DNA of 18,775 nt from Eubacteriales bacterium (GTDB lineage Bacteria > Bacillota > Clostridia > Saccharofermentanales > UBA5734): assembly GCA_028685755.1 (NCBI GenBank), contig JAQUDJ010000009.1, positions 49,774 to 68,548 of the forward strand, read 5' to 3'. Positions 7,584 through 16,385 of this stretch are shown here, in pieces (within the stretch, counting starts at the first letter, position 1; every line of letters begins with the position of its first letter). Both the position numbers and the translations under genes were made by a program. The notes beneath the pieces were generated by a model that had not been told where the DNA came from, ran no database searches, and worked only from the letters and a program-made list of their open reading frames with translations.

Positions 7584-8576
7584 ATGGAACTGGCAACCGT
7601 CAGCATGTTCAGTATCTTCGATCCGCTTTATCTAGCTTTTGGCTGGACAATGCGCATGATGTATAACACATTGGACAACTATGGTCTGGTGATCATCGTT
7701 TTCACCGTTATATTACGTGGCTTGATGATTCCGTTGGGTATTCACCAACAAAAATCAACGATCAAGCAACAGTCGCTGCAGGGTGAAATCGCGGAAATTC
7801 AACGCCTATACCCCAACGACAAAGCCAAACAAAGCGAACTCCAAATGGCTCTCTACAAAAAGCACGGCGCCTCACCGGTAGCCGGCTGTTTGCCTGCCAT
7901 TTTACAACTTTTAATTATCTGGCCGATTTTTCAAATCATGCGCGCACCTTTGCAATATATTATGAATGTATCCAAGGAAAACCTGACAGGCATTGGGAGC
8001 TTGCTTGAGACAGCAGGACTCATCACAGCGACAGAAGCTAAAAATGCAACAGGCAATAATATCCCATTAATGAATGCACTTCATCAAAATGCTGCGGCGC
8101 TAGGCCAAGTTGTCGACAAAGGTTTAATGGAACTTCGACAACTTATCGATGTTAATTTTATGGGAATTAATCTCGGACTAACTCCAAGCTGGAAACCTGC
8201 CGACCTGTTTGGTGCGGGCATGATCCAGTATCTGCCCCTTTTAATCTTCCCAGTGCTCGTCGTTTTGACTACCATGCTATCAATGAAAATCACCACCGCT
8301 ACGATGCCCAATCGCAAGAAAAAGGCTGAAGACAAAGAGCGTGAAAAGAAAAACCCAGCACGCACTGGCCAAACACCCGAAGACAAAACGGAATCCATGA
8401 TGAAATCCATGAACATTATGATGCCGCTTTTCATGCTTTGGACTACGTTTACCATGCCGGCTGCTTTAGGTCTTTACTGGATTATCGGCAATATCATGGC
8501 GGCAATTCAGTCACTCATCATTTATATGCTCTACACTCGCAAACTGGAGGATAAAAAGCATGGCGCTCATGGTTGA
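7584..8576 (+). CDS. yidC: YidC/Oxa1-family membrane protein insertase (no lipoprotein signal, clostridial-type short N-terminus)
   Basis: Start re-called to ATG 7584 (MELATVSMFSIFDPLYLAFGW...), with AAGGAGA 8 nt upstream. The ORF-track start at 7446 would add 46 residues read out of frame across yidD. Conserved core NYGLVIIVFTVILRGLMIPL...YKKHGASPVAGCLPAILQLLIIWPIF...PAALGLYWIIGNIM. Confidence 0.9.
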   Translation: MELATVSMFSIFDPLYLAFGWTMRMMYNTLDNYGLVIIVFTVILRGLMIPLGIHQQKSTIKQQSLQGEIAEIQRLYPNDKAKQSELQMALYKKHGASPVAGCLPAILQLLIIWPIFQIMRAPLQYIMNVSKENLTGIGSLLETAGLITATEAKNATGNNIPLMNALHQNAAALGQVVDKGLMELRQLIDVNFMGINLGLTPSWKPADLFGAGMIQYLPLLIFPVLVVLTTMLSMKITTATMPNRKKKAEDKEREKKNPARTGQTPEDKTESMMKSMNIMMPLFMLWTTFTMPAALGLYWIIGNIMAAIQSLIIYMLYTRKLEDKKHGAHG

Positions 8577-9267
8577 GAAAACCGGCAAAACAGTCGAAGA
8601 CGCAATTAACGAAGCCTTAGAAGAATTAGGCATCACATCAGACGAAGCGATTATTGAAGTGCTTGATGAAGGCGGTGCTGGCGGTGTCCTAGGCATTGGT
8701 CGCCGTTTGGCAAAAGTTCGCGTCAGTCTTGACGAAGAAAACATCCATCCTAATCTTACAAGCGACGAAGCACCAGTCTACTATGGCGATGATGAGTTCA
8801 CCGAAGAGCCCGAGTCGGCTGAAGAAGCTGAAACCACGGCTTATGTCGCGGCCATCATGTCGGGAATCGGCATTCATGGCAAAATCAGCTCCTATCGCGA
8901 AGACGAAACCCTTCACATCGAAATCAGCGGACAAGATGTTGGCGCAGCAATCGGTCATCACGGTGAAACGTTAGATGCAATCCAATACTTGGCGACCTTA
9001 GTTGCCAACCGAAATACCGAAAGCCGTCTGCGCGTCTCTGTCGATATTGGTGGCTATCGCCGTCGTCGTGAAAGCACGCTGATCAGCATGGCTGAACGCT
9101 CTGCAGAGAAAGTGGCTCGTTCTGGACGTGCCTTCAAAATGGAACCAATGAACCCAGCCGAACGTCGGATTGTGCATTCGGCGTTACAGAACTTCCCAGG
9201 TGTATCCACGCATAGTGAAGGCGAAGAACCCGAACGCTGCGTCGTCATTACACCGGCTGAAGCTTAA
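8560..9267 (+). CDS. jag: RNA-binding protein Jag/KhpB (Jag_N, KH and R3H domains)
   Basis: N-terminus GKTVEDAINEALEELGI (Jag_N). KH-like IEISGQDVGAAIGHHGETLDAIQYL. R3H MEPMNPAERRIVHSAL. GGAGG 9 nt upstream of the ATG. Overlaps the yidC 3' end by 17 nt. Confidence 0.9.
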   Translation: MALMVEKTGKTVEDAINEALEELGITSDEAIIEVLDEGGAGGVLGIGRRLAKVRVSLDEENIHPNLTSDEAPVYYGDDEFTEEPESAEEAETTAYVAAIMSGIGIHGKISSYREDETLHIEISGQDVGAAIGHHGETLDAIQYLATLVANRNTESRLRVSVDIGGYRRRRESTLISMAERSAEKVARSGRAFKMEPMNPAERRIVHSALQNFPGVSTHSEGEEPERCVVITPAEA

Positions 9268-9292
9268 TCATCCCCTGAGATATCAGGACCCC

Positions 9293-10798
9293 TTGAGTAT
9301 TCAATCACAACTGAGCGATACAATTGCAGCCAGTGCCACACCGCCGGGAACGAGCGGGGTGGCACTGATTCGCTTGTCCGGTCCGGCGAGCAGCCTGGTC
9401 GCCGCCGCTATTTTCAAGCCGGCAAGCGGCCGCTTTTTGCCGGCCAATACGATGGCGGGCTATACGTGTGCGTTAGGTCTGATCATTGATCCGCGTTCAC
9501 AATCTGAATTTGCCCTGCAGGATGCAACAACATGGCCGGTTTGGACGGCCGATTCGGTGGTAAGTCCTGAAAATATGCTTGATCAGGTCGTCCTGACTCG
9601 TTTTGCCGCTCCACATTCATTTACAGGTGAAGATGTTTACGAGATCACTTGCCATGGCGGTCAAGCTGTCCGCCAAGCGATCCTTGATCTGCTCTATCAT
9701 CTAGGCGTGCAACCGGCAGGCCCAGGTGAGTTTACGCGCCGTGCTTTTCTCAATGGCAAACTCGATTTGGCTCAAGCCGAAGCCGTGATGGACTTGATCG
9801 CCGCCAGTGCAGATAAACGCGCACAAGCCGCCATGCGTCAGTTACAAGGTCAACTGTCTAACCGACTTCGTGAGATCCGTCAAGATTTATACGACTTGCT
9901 CGCCCAACTGGAACTGGTCCTTGAATATCCGGAACACGAAGAAAGTGAAAAATCCCGTGCTGGTTTGCTCGCGCGCTTAGAACCCGCTTTAGATAAAGTT
10001 TTGGCGCTTGATGCGAGTTTTCGCCAAGGCCGTCTGCTTTCAGAGGGATTTACCGTCGTCATTGTGGGGCGACCGAATGCTGGCAAGTCTTCGCTTCTCA
10101 ATACATTGGCTGGTTATGATCGGGCCATTGTCACACCTGTTGCTGGAACAACGCGCGATACCGTCGAAGAGTTGATCGATATTGGCGGTGTACCTGTTCG
10201 CTTGATCGATACCGCTGGTTTGCGCGAAACGCAGGATCTAGTTGAAAAAATCGGTGTCGATCGCGCCCGGAATGCGATTGTCGAAGCCGATCTCGTGCTT
10301 TGGCTGATTTCACCTGATGAAGATCGTTTCGGTCATCCGGACTTTACTCACTTAAACGAAGAGCTTGCTGAAATACGCGAATTATCAGCCCAAACTGATG
10401 CACTACAATTGATCATTGGTAAAGAAGACTTAGCAGCAAGTGTAGATTTGCGGATTTGGTTGACAAATGAACTTCCCCAATTGCCGCTGATCTCTTTTTC
10501 CGCACAGACTCTCGAGGGCCTCGATGCGATGCGCCAAGCGATCCTGCTGCGATATCAGTCAACCGGCAGTGGTCAAGCTGACGAAGTACTGATCACCTCG
10601 AGTCGCCATAAAGCATGCCTAGACAAGACCTCAAGGAGCTTAGCGTTGGCGGCAACAGAGCTTCAACGCGGTGAGATGCTCGATTTAGCAGCCGCATTAT
10701 TGCGCGATGCGATGGAAAATCTTGCAGAGATTACCGGCGACCTCGTGACCGACACCCTTGTCGAAACGATCTTCAGCCGATTCTGCATCGGTAAATAA
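9293..10798 (+). CDS. mnmE: tRNA modification GTPase MnmE (TrmE)
   Basis: Contains [23 protein letters not shown]1 [10 protein letters not shown]2 GTTRD, G3 DTAGLR and the C-terminal CIGK. The ORF-track start (9170) overlaps jag by 98 nt. The family N-terminus begins a few residues before DTIAA, so I call TTG 9293 ((M)[12 protein letters not shown]), which has a weak AGGA 4 nt upstream. This gives 501 aa. Confidence 0.88.
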   Translation: MSIQSQLSDTIAASATPPGTSGVALIRLSGPASSLVAAAIFKPASGRFLPANTMAGYTCALGLIIDPRSQSEFALQDATTWPVWTADSVVSPENMLDQVVLTRFAAPHSFTGEDVYEITCHGGQAVRQAILDLLYHLGVQPAGPGEFTRRAFLNGKLDLAQAEAVMDLIAASADKRAQAAMRQLQGQLSNRLREIRQDLYDLLAQLELVLEYPEHEESEKSRAGLLARLEPALDKVLALDASFRQGRLLSEGFTVVIVGRPNAGKSSLLNTLAGYDRAIVTPVAGTTRDTVEELIDIGGVPVRLIDTAGLRETQDLVEKIGVDRARNAIVEADLVLWLISPDEDRFGHPDFTHLNEELAEIRELSAQTDALQLIIGKEDLAASVDLRIWLTNELPQLPLISFSAQTLEGLDAMRQAILLRYQSTGSGQADEVLITSSRHKACLDKTSRSLALAATELQRGEMLDLAAALLRDAMENLAEITGDLVTDTLVETIFSRFCIGK

Positions 10799-10827
10799 CG
10801 CTATTTAAGACAACTTGAGGTAAATAA

Positions 10828-12807
10828 ATGTTGACGATTGAACAAGCCTTACAGCGCCACGGCGCGTATCTGGCAGATCCCTACGATATCGCTGTTGTTG
10901 GCGCCGGTCATGCCGGCTGTGAAGCTGCGTTGGCTGCCGCACGACTCGGCCAAAAAACGATTTTGTTTGCAATGAACCTTGACGTGGTTGCCAACATGCC
11001 ATGCAACCCCAATATCGGTGGCACAGCCAAGGGCCAACTTGTGCGTGAAATTGACGCACTCGGGGGCGAAATGGGTCGTGCTGCGGACCAAGCGATGATC
11101 CAGTTTAGAATGCTCAATCAGTCGCGTGGCCCCGCCGTTTTATCGCCGCGCGCCCAAATCGACCGCCGTCGTTACCAAAATGTCATGAAGCAAACATTAG
11201 AAAAAGAGCCTAATCTCGATTTGCGCCAAAGTGAAGTCGTCGCCATCTTGACTGACTTGCCCAACAAAATCGACAATACCGACAAAAACGAAACCACAGC
11301 GCTGCCTTTTGTCACCGGCGTATTGACCCGAACCGGCGCAATCTATCGCTGCCGCGCCGCGATCATTACAACGGGTACATATCTAGACGGCAAGATTATT
11401 ATCGGTCATGTCCAATACAGTGGCGGTCCTGACGGTTTATTCCCAGCAATCGGTCTGTCTGATTCCCTGCGCGATCTGAATGTACCGCTGTTACGTTTCA
11501 AAACGGGCACCCCAGTGCGCCTCAATTATCGGACCGTCGATTTTTCCCAGACTGAGCGCCAAGATGGTGATGCCCAAGTCGTACCGTTTTCGTTTGAACA
11601 TGAAAACGATAAAACCTACACTGAAATTGAGCAAATGCCGTGCTATCTGACCTGGACAAGCCCAGAAACAAAATTGGCAGTCCACGAAAACCTCCATCGT
11701 TCGCCACTGTTTTCAGGGGAAATCGAAGGCGTCGGACCACGTTATTGCCCCTCTATCGAGGATAAATTTGTCAAATTCAAAGACAAAGAGCGCCATCAAG
11801 TTTTTATCGAACCGATGGGTAAAGACACATATGAAATGTATCTCCAAGGCATGTCGAGTAGCATGCCAGAAGATGTTCAGGTCCGAATGATGCGTTCCCT
11901 GCCAGGTCTCGAAAATGCCAAGATTATGCGCAGTGCCTATGCCATTGAATATGACTGTCTTGAACCGACCTGCCTAAAATTGACCCTCGAAACCAAAATG
12001 GTCACTGGACTTTACAGTGGCGGGCAAGTCAATGGCACCTCCGGTTATGAAGAGGCCGGAGCACAGGGACTTGTCGCTGGAATAAACGCCGCACGCCATC
12101 TCCGTGGCGAAACGGCGATCAGCATCGACCGCTCACAAGCTTATATCGGCGTGCTGATCGACGATCTCGTGACCAAAGGCACATCTGAGCCCTATCGTAT
12201 GATGACCGCACGCGCTGAGTATCGCCTTGTTTTGCGCCAAGACAACGCCGATCGCCGTTTGACTCCGCTCGGGCGCAGCATCGGTTTGATCAACGACCAG
12301 CGATATGCCCAATACGAAGCCAAGCAAGCGCGGATTGCCACCGAAAATGAACGCTGCCGTAACACTCGAGTCTCACCAAACGAGCACGTGAATAAGCTGC
12401 TTGAATCGCTTAACAGTACCCCGCTCAAATCCGGTGCTGGAACGAGTTTAGCAGATTTGTTGCGCCGTCCTGAGATTCATTATGAAGACCTCGCGGCGAT
12501 CGATCCGACCCGCCCCGATTTGAGCTGGATCGAGCGCTTTGCTGTTGAAGTTGACCTCAAATACGAAGGCTATATCAAATTAGAGCAGGATCGAATCGAA
12601 CGCTTTCTTCGCCTCGAACACAAACAACTGCCGGAGTCGATCGACTTCACCGCTATTACCGGACTTCGCTTAGAAGCACGCCAAAAGCTCAGTGCCCACC
12701 GACCCACCTCACTCGGCCAAGCAAGCCGGATATCCGGCGTATCGCCCGCAGATATCGCCGTTCTGCTTGTCTACCTCGATGCCAAAGGGGCAAAAACGCA
12801 TGACTGA
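10828..12807 (+). CDS. mnmG: tRNA uridine 5-carboxymethylaminomethyl modification enzyme MnmG (GidA)
   Basis: 659 aa. FAD-binding N-terminus [23 protein letters not shown], plus [11 protein letters not shown] and [27 protein letters not shown] Shine-Dalgarno upstream. Confidence 0.95.
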   Translation: MLTIEQALQRHGAYLADPYDIAVVGAGHAGCEAALAAARLGQKTILFAMNLDVVANMPCNPNIGGTAKGQLVREIDALGGEMGRAADQAMIQFRMLNQSRGPAVLSPRAQIDRRRYQNVMKQTLEKEPNLDLRQSEVVAILTDLPNKIDNTDKNETTALPFVTGVLTRTGAIYRCRAAIITTGTYLDGKIIIGHVQYSGGPDGLFPAIGLSDSLRDLNVPLLRFKTGTPVRLNYRTVDFSQTERQDGDAQVVPFSFEHENDKTYTEIEQMPCYLTWTSPETKLAVHENLHRSPLFSGEIEGVGPRYCPSIEDKFVKFKDKERHQVFIEPMGKDTYEMYLQGMSSSMPEDVQVRMMRSLPGLENAKIMRSAYAIEYDCLEPTCLKLTLETKMVTGLYSGGQVNGTSGYEEAGAQGLVAGINAARHLRGETAISIDRSQAYIGVLIDDLVTKGTSEPYRMMTARAEYRLVLRQDNADRRLTPLGRSIGLINDQRYAQYEAKQARIATENERCRNTRVSPNEHVNKLLESLNSTPLKSGAGTSLADLLRRPEIHYEDLAAIDPTRPDLSWIERFAVEVDLKYEGYIKLEQDRIERFLRLEHKQLPESIDFTAITGLRLEARQKLSAHRPTSLGQASRISGVSPADIAVLLVYLDAKGAKTHD

Positions 12808-13561
12808 CGATCTTGGCGGCTGGCTCGACAAAATCGAACCTTATTTGACCGAGCCCTTCAATCCACTCCAAAAAACCCAACTTCTGACTTACGCTCGCAT
12901 CCTGCGCGAATGGAATGAAAAAATCAACCTAACTGCAATTCTCGACGACGAAGGCATCGCCGTTCGCCACTTTCAAGACAGCTTAACGATTCTCCCGGAG
13001 TTACGACTTTTACAAATGGAGCGTAATTCCCTGAATGCCGAACACGCACCAAAGCCACTGATTCTCGCCGATGTCGGCACAGGGGCAGGTTTTCCGGGGC
13101 TCGTTATCAAAATTATTTGCCCGGAAATCGAAGTCATCTTGATTGATGCCCTGGCCAAACGCCTCAAATTCCTCGACGCTGTCATAACTGAGCTCAATCT
13201 GCAAGGCGTTTACACCATCCATGCCCGCGCTGAAGATGCCGGTCGCAAGCCAGAACTGCGCGAACAATGCGATATCGCTGTGGCTCGCGCCGTCGCGAAT
13301 TTACCGGTGCTCGCCGAATACTGCCTACCACTCGTCCGGCGCGGTGGCACATTTTTAGCAATGAAAGCTCAGGCTGAAGATGAAATCAATGAATCAAAAA
13401 AAGCCATCGCAGTCCTCGGCGGCGAGACACCCACCGTTCGACAATTTTTACTACCCGGAACAGACATGAATCGGACGATAATAGCCATCCGCAAAGGCAA
13501 ACAGACGCCTCCTGCCTATCCAAGAAAAGCAGGGAAAGTGGAACAAACCCCGCTCAAATGA
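12800..13561 (+). CDS. rsmG: 16S rRNA (guanine527-N7)-methyltransferase RsmG (GidB)
   Basis: Start re-called to ATG 12800 ([16 protein letters not shown]...), which overlaps the mnmG stop by 8 nt. The ORF-track start at 12692 lies deep inside mnmG. SAM-binding motif [15 protein letters not shown] and C-terminal [13 protein letters not shown]. Confidence 0.9.
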   Translation: MTDDLGGWLDKIEPYLTEPFNPLQKTQLLTYARILREWNEKINLTAILDDEGIAVRHFQDSLTILPELRLLQMERNSLNAEHAPKPLILADVGTGAGFPGLVIKIICPEIEVILIDALAKRLKFLDAVITELNLQGVYTIHARAEDAGRKPELREQCDIAVARAVANLPVLAEYCLPLVRRGGTFLAMKAQAEDEINESKKAIAVLGGETPTVRQFLLPGTDMNRTIIAIRKGKQTPPAYPRKAGKVEQTPLK

Positions 13562-13567
13562 TATAAT
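13539..13567 (+). promoter_or_regulatory. Candidate extended -10 promoter for gyrA
   Basis: TGaTATAAT at 13559-13567. The TGA is the rsmG stop codon, and the consensus TATAAT is at 13562-13567. Weak -35 TGGAAC at 13539-13544 with a 17-nt spacer. Lies 45 nt upstream of the gyrA ATG. Confidence 0.55.
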
Positions 13568-13611
13568 TGAACAGTTAAGATAAAAGCCCACGACAGGAGG
13601 CAGACAGACGA

Positions 13612-16266
13612 ATGGCCGACGAGCTAGAACGCCCGCAGAGCCCCGCCAATCTCGACAAACGAGATCTGCAAAAACAAAAAGAAGCCGCGGTTGACGCCGC
13701 TTTCAGAAACCCTTTCAATACGATCATCCCGATCGATTTAGAAGACGAAATGCGTAAATCCTTCATCGACTATGCGATGAGTGTTATTTCGGACCGTGCC
13801 TTACCGGACGTCCGCGACGGCCTCAAACCGGTACATCGCCGCATCCTCTATTCGATGTTTACCCAAGGGTTCACCCCAGATAAGTCCTACCGCAAATGCG
13901 CCACCACGGTCGGCGATGTGCTCGGCCGTTTCCATCCACATGGTGACGCCGCAGTTTACGATTCCATGGTTCGTATGGCGCAGGACTTTTCGATGCGCCA
14001 CATGCTAGTCGATGGTCACGGCAACTTCGGTTCCCGTGATGGCGACGCACCGGCTGCCTATCGTTACACCGAAGCCCGCCTATCTAAAATTTCCGTCGAA
14101 ATGATGAGTGACATCAACAAGAACACCGTTGATTTCAAACCGAACTTCGACGAACACGAAATGGAACCGATCGTTTTACCAGCCCGTTTCCCCAATCTAC
14201 TCGTCAATGGCTCCACGGGTATCGCCGTCGGTATGGCCACGAGCATTCCGCCACACAACCTAACCGAAGTCGTCAACGGCGTCCAAATGATGCTCGACAA
14301 CCCTGACGTCACCGTCGAAGAACTCATGACGGTCATCAAAGGCCCAGACTTTCCAACAGGCGCAATGATCCTAGGCTCAGCGGGCATCCGTGATGCCTAC
14401 CGCACCGGTCGTGGCCGTATCGTCGTTCGATCCCATACCGATATCGAACCAATGAAGAACAACCGCCAACGGATCATCGTCCGCGACCTGCCCTATATGG
14501 TCAACAAAGCCCGTCTAATCGAACGCATCGCCGAGCTAGCCAAAGACAAAAAAGTCGACGGTATCTCGGATATTCGCGACGAATCAGACCGCAGTGAAGC
14601 AGTCCGCATCGTCATTGAGCTCAAAAAAGACGCAACACCCTCCGTTGTACTCAATCAGCTGTACAAAAACACACAGCTTCAAGACGCATTCAACGCCAAC
14701 ATGCTTGCCCTTGTACCTGACGAATTCGGTCGCTTTGAGCCCCGACTCGTCAATTTGCGCGACAGCCTTGGGCACTTTATCAGCCACCAGAAGGAAGTCA
14801 CCCGTCGCCGTGTCCGCTTTGACCTCGAAAAAGCCGAAGCTCGCCGACATATTGTCGAGGGGCTACGGATCGCCATCGACCATATTGATGAGGTCATCGC
14901 CATCATCCGTGGATCCCGCAGTGAAGATCAGGCAAAAGAACGACTCATCGACCGTTTTGGCTTTTCTGACAAGCAGGCCCAGCATATCGTTGATATGCGC
15001 TTGGGTCGCCTAACTGGCCTCGAACAAGAAAAACTCGAAAACGAGTTCCGCGATCTTTGCGACAAAATCGACTACCTCAATAGCTTACTTTCACAAGAAG
15101 CGCTTCTTATTAAAGTCATTAAAGAAGATCTAGTCGACGTCATCCGCCGTTATGGGGATGATCGTCGCACAATCATCGAAAACACCGGCGATGACGAAAT
15201 CGAAGACGAATCCTTAATCGAAGAAGCGGCGATTGTCGTCACGCTAACACACAACAACTATGTCAAGCGGATGCCGGTCGACACTTACAGCGCGCAACAT
15301 CGTGGCGGTCGTGGAATAACCGGGATGGCCACTCGCGACGAGGACTTTGTTCAAACGCTGTTGACCACGTCGACCCACGACTTACTACTGTTTTTTACCA
15401 ACAAAGGTCGTGCTTTCCGCCTCAAAGGCTATCAAATACCTGACGCTGGCAGACAAGCTCGCGGCATGGCGATCATTAACCTGCTCGCACTTGGGGGCGA
15501 TGAAAAGATTCGGGCAATCATTCCGATCAAAACATTTGATCAGGGGGGCTGTCTGATGATGGCCACACGATCAGGCGTTGTCAAAAAGACTGACTTGTCA
15601 GATTATTCAAATATGAACCGCAACGGTCTGATCGCGATTAATCTCCGCGAAGAAGACGAACTCATCGGCGTCCAATTGACCGAAAGTCATGATGACCTCG
15701 TTCTCGTCACGCGCGATGGCAAGTCCATTCGCTTCTCTGATGATGAAGTCCGTTCCACCGGCCGCAATACTCAAGGTGTCCGCGGGATTTCTCTCGACGA
15801 AGCTGACTATGTCGTTGGCATGGCGCCGACCGTCCCTGGCAAAACGATCCTCGTCGTTGCCGAGAAGGGCTTCGGCAAACGCACCGAACTCGAGGAATAT
15901 CGCATTCAAAGCCGCGCCGGCAAAGGGATCATTACGTATAAGCCCTCCGAAAAAACTGGCCGACTTGTCAACATCGCCTTGGTTGATGATACCAATGACA
16001 TCATCATGGTCAGTGATACCGGCATCATCATTCGGATGTCCGCCGCCGAGATTCCGATCTTGTCACGCAACACCCAAGGTGTGCGAATGATGCGGACGGG
16101 TGAAGGTAAAGTTGTCGACATGGCAATCGTTGACCATGACGAAACTGAAATCGGCGAATCAATCCTCGCCGACGGCCAAGTCCTAGACGCGACTGCGGTT
16201 GAGACAATATCGGAACCTGTAGCCGAAACATCTGATTCAACTGCGATTGAGACACCGGCAAAATAA
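13612..16266 (+). CDS. gyrA: DNA gyrase subunit A
   Basis: 884 aa. Contains YAMSVISDRALPDVRDGLKPVHRRILY, the quinolone-resistance region (QRDR) HPHGDAAVYDSMVRMAQ, catalytic Tyr in AAYRYTEARL (Y152), and a GyrA-box QHRGGRGITG in the C-terminal domain, which argues for GyrA rather than ParC. AGGAGG lies 11 nt upstream of the ATG. Confidence 0.95.
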   Translation: MADELERPQSPANLDKRDLQKQKEAAVDAAFRNPFNTIIPIDLEDEMRKSFIDYAMSVISDRALPDVRDGLKPVHRRILYSMFTQGFTPDKSYRKCATTVGDVLGRFHPHGDAAVYDSMVRMAQDFSMRHMLVDGHGNFGSRDGDAPAAYRYTEARLSKISVEMMSDINKNTVDFKPNFDEHEMEPIVLPARFPNLLVNGSTGIAVGMATSIPPHNLTEVVNGVQMMLDNPDVTVEELMTVIKGPDFPTGAMILGSAGIRDAYRTGRGRIVVRSHTDIEPMKNNRQRIIVRDLPYMVNKARLIERIAELAKDKKVDGISDIRDESDRSEAVRIVIELKKDATPSVVLNQLYKNTQLQDAFNANMLALVPDEFGRFEPRLVNLRDSLGHFISHQKEVTRRRVRFDLEKAEARRHIVEGLRIAIDHIDEVIAIIRGSRSEDQAKERLIDRFGFSDKQAQHIVDMRLGRLTGLEQEKLENEFRDLCDKIDYLNSLLSQEALLIKVIKEDLVDVIRRYGDDRRTIIENTGDDEIEDESLIEEAAIVVTLTHNNYVKRMPVDTYSAQHRGGRGITGMATRDEDFVQTLLTTSTHDLLLFFTNKGRAFRLKGYQIPDAGRQARGMAIINLLALGGDEKIRAIIPIKTFDQGGCLMMATRSGVVKKTDLSDYSNMNRNGLIAINLREEDELIGVQLTESHDDLVLVTRDGKSIRFSDDEVRSTGRNTQGVRGISLDEADYVVGMAPTVPGKTILVVAEKGFGKRTELEEYRIQSRAGKGIITYKPSEKTGRLVNIALVDDTNDIIMVSDTGIIIRMSAAEIPILSRNTQGVRMMRTGEGKVVDMAIVDHDETEIGESILADGQVLDATAVETISEPVAETSDSTAIETPAK

Positions 16267-16302
16267 CCACGAATCAGCGTATACCCAATCACAAACAACT
16301 GT

Positions 16303-16339
16303 AAAAGGACCTCCGATTTCACAACCGGAGGTCCTTTTT
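16303..16339. terminator. Bidirectional Rho-independent terminator shared by the convergent gyrA and ldh
   Basis: AAAAGGACCTCCG / CGGAGGTCCTTTTT. The stem is a perfect 10-bp AGGACCTCCG, the loop is 10 nt, and there is an A-run on the left and a T-run on the right. Confidence 0.85.
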
Positions 16340-16385
16340 AATGGGCAATTAGGTGCGATCAGATGCTAATCACGAATCAATCAGA

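Noticed and set aside
9170-9292. ORF-track N-terminal extension of mnmE (MCIRRYRTSQVYPRIVKAKNPNAASS...)
   Set aside because: It overlaps the last 98 nt of jag in another frame. The MnmE family N-terminus begins just before DTIAA, and an in-frame TTG at 9293 fits that.
12692-12799. ORF-track N-terminal extension of rsmG
   Set aside because: It is read through the 3' end of mnmG in another frame. ATG 12800 gives a normal-length RsmG with the typical short overlap onto the mnmG stop.
14594-16322. Long alternative-frame and antisense ORFs inside gyrA (14594..15013 +, 15689..16090 +, 15906..16322 -), and similar ones inside rnpA/yidD (7154..7567 -) and yidC (8084..8455 -)
   Set aside because: They are embedded in strongly supported housekeeping genes. 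Their composition is Ser/Arg/Pro-rich, typical of off-frame translation, and they have no ribosome-binding sites. No evidence supports overlapping genes.
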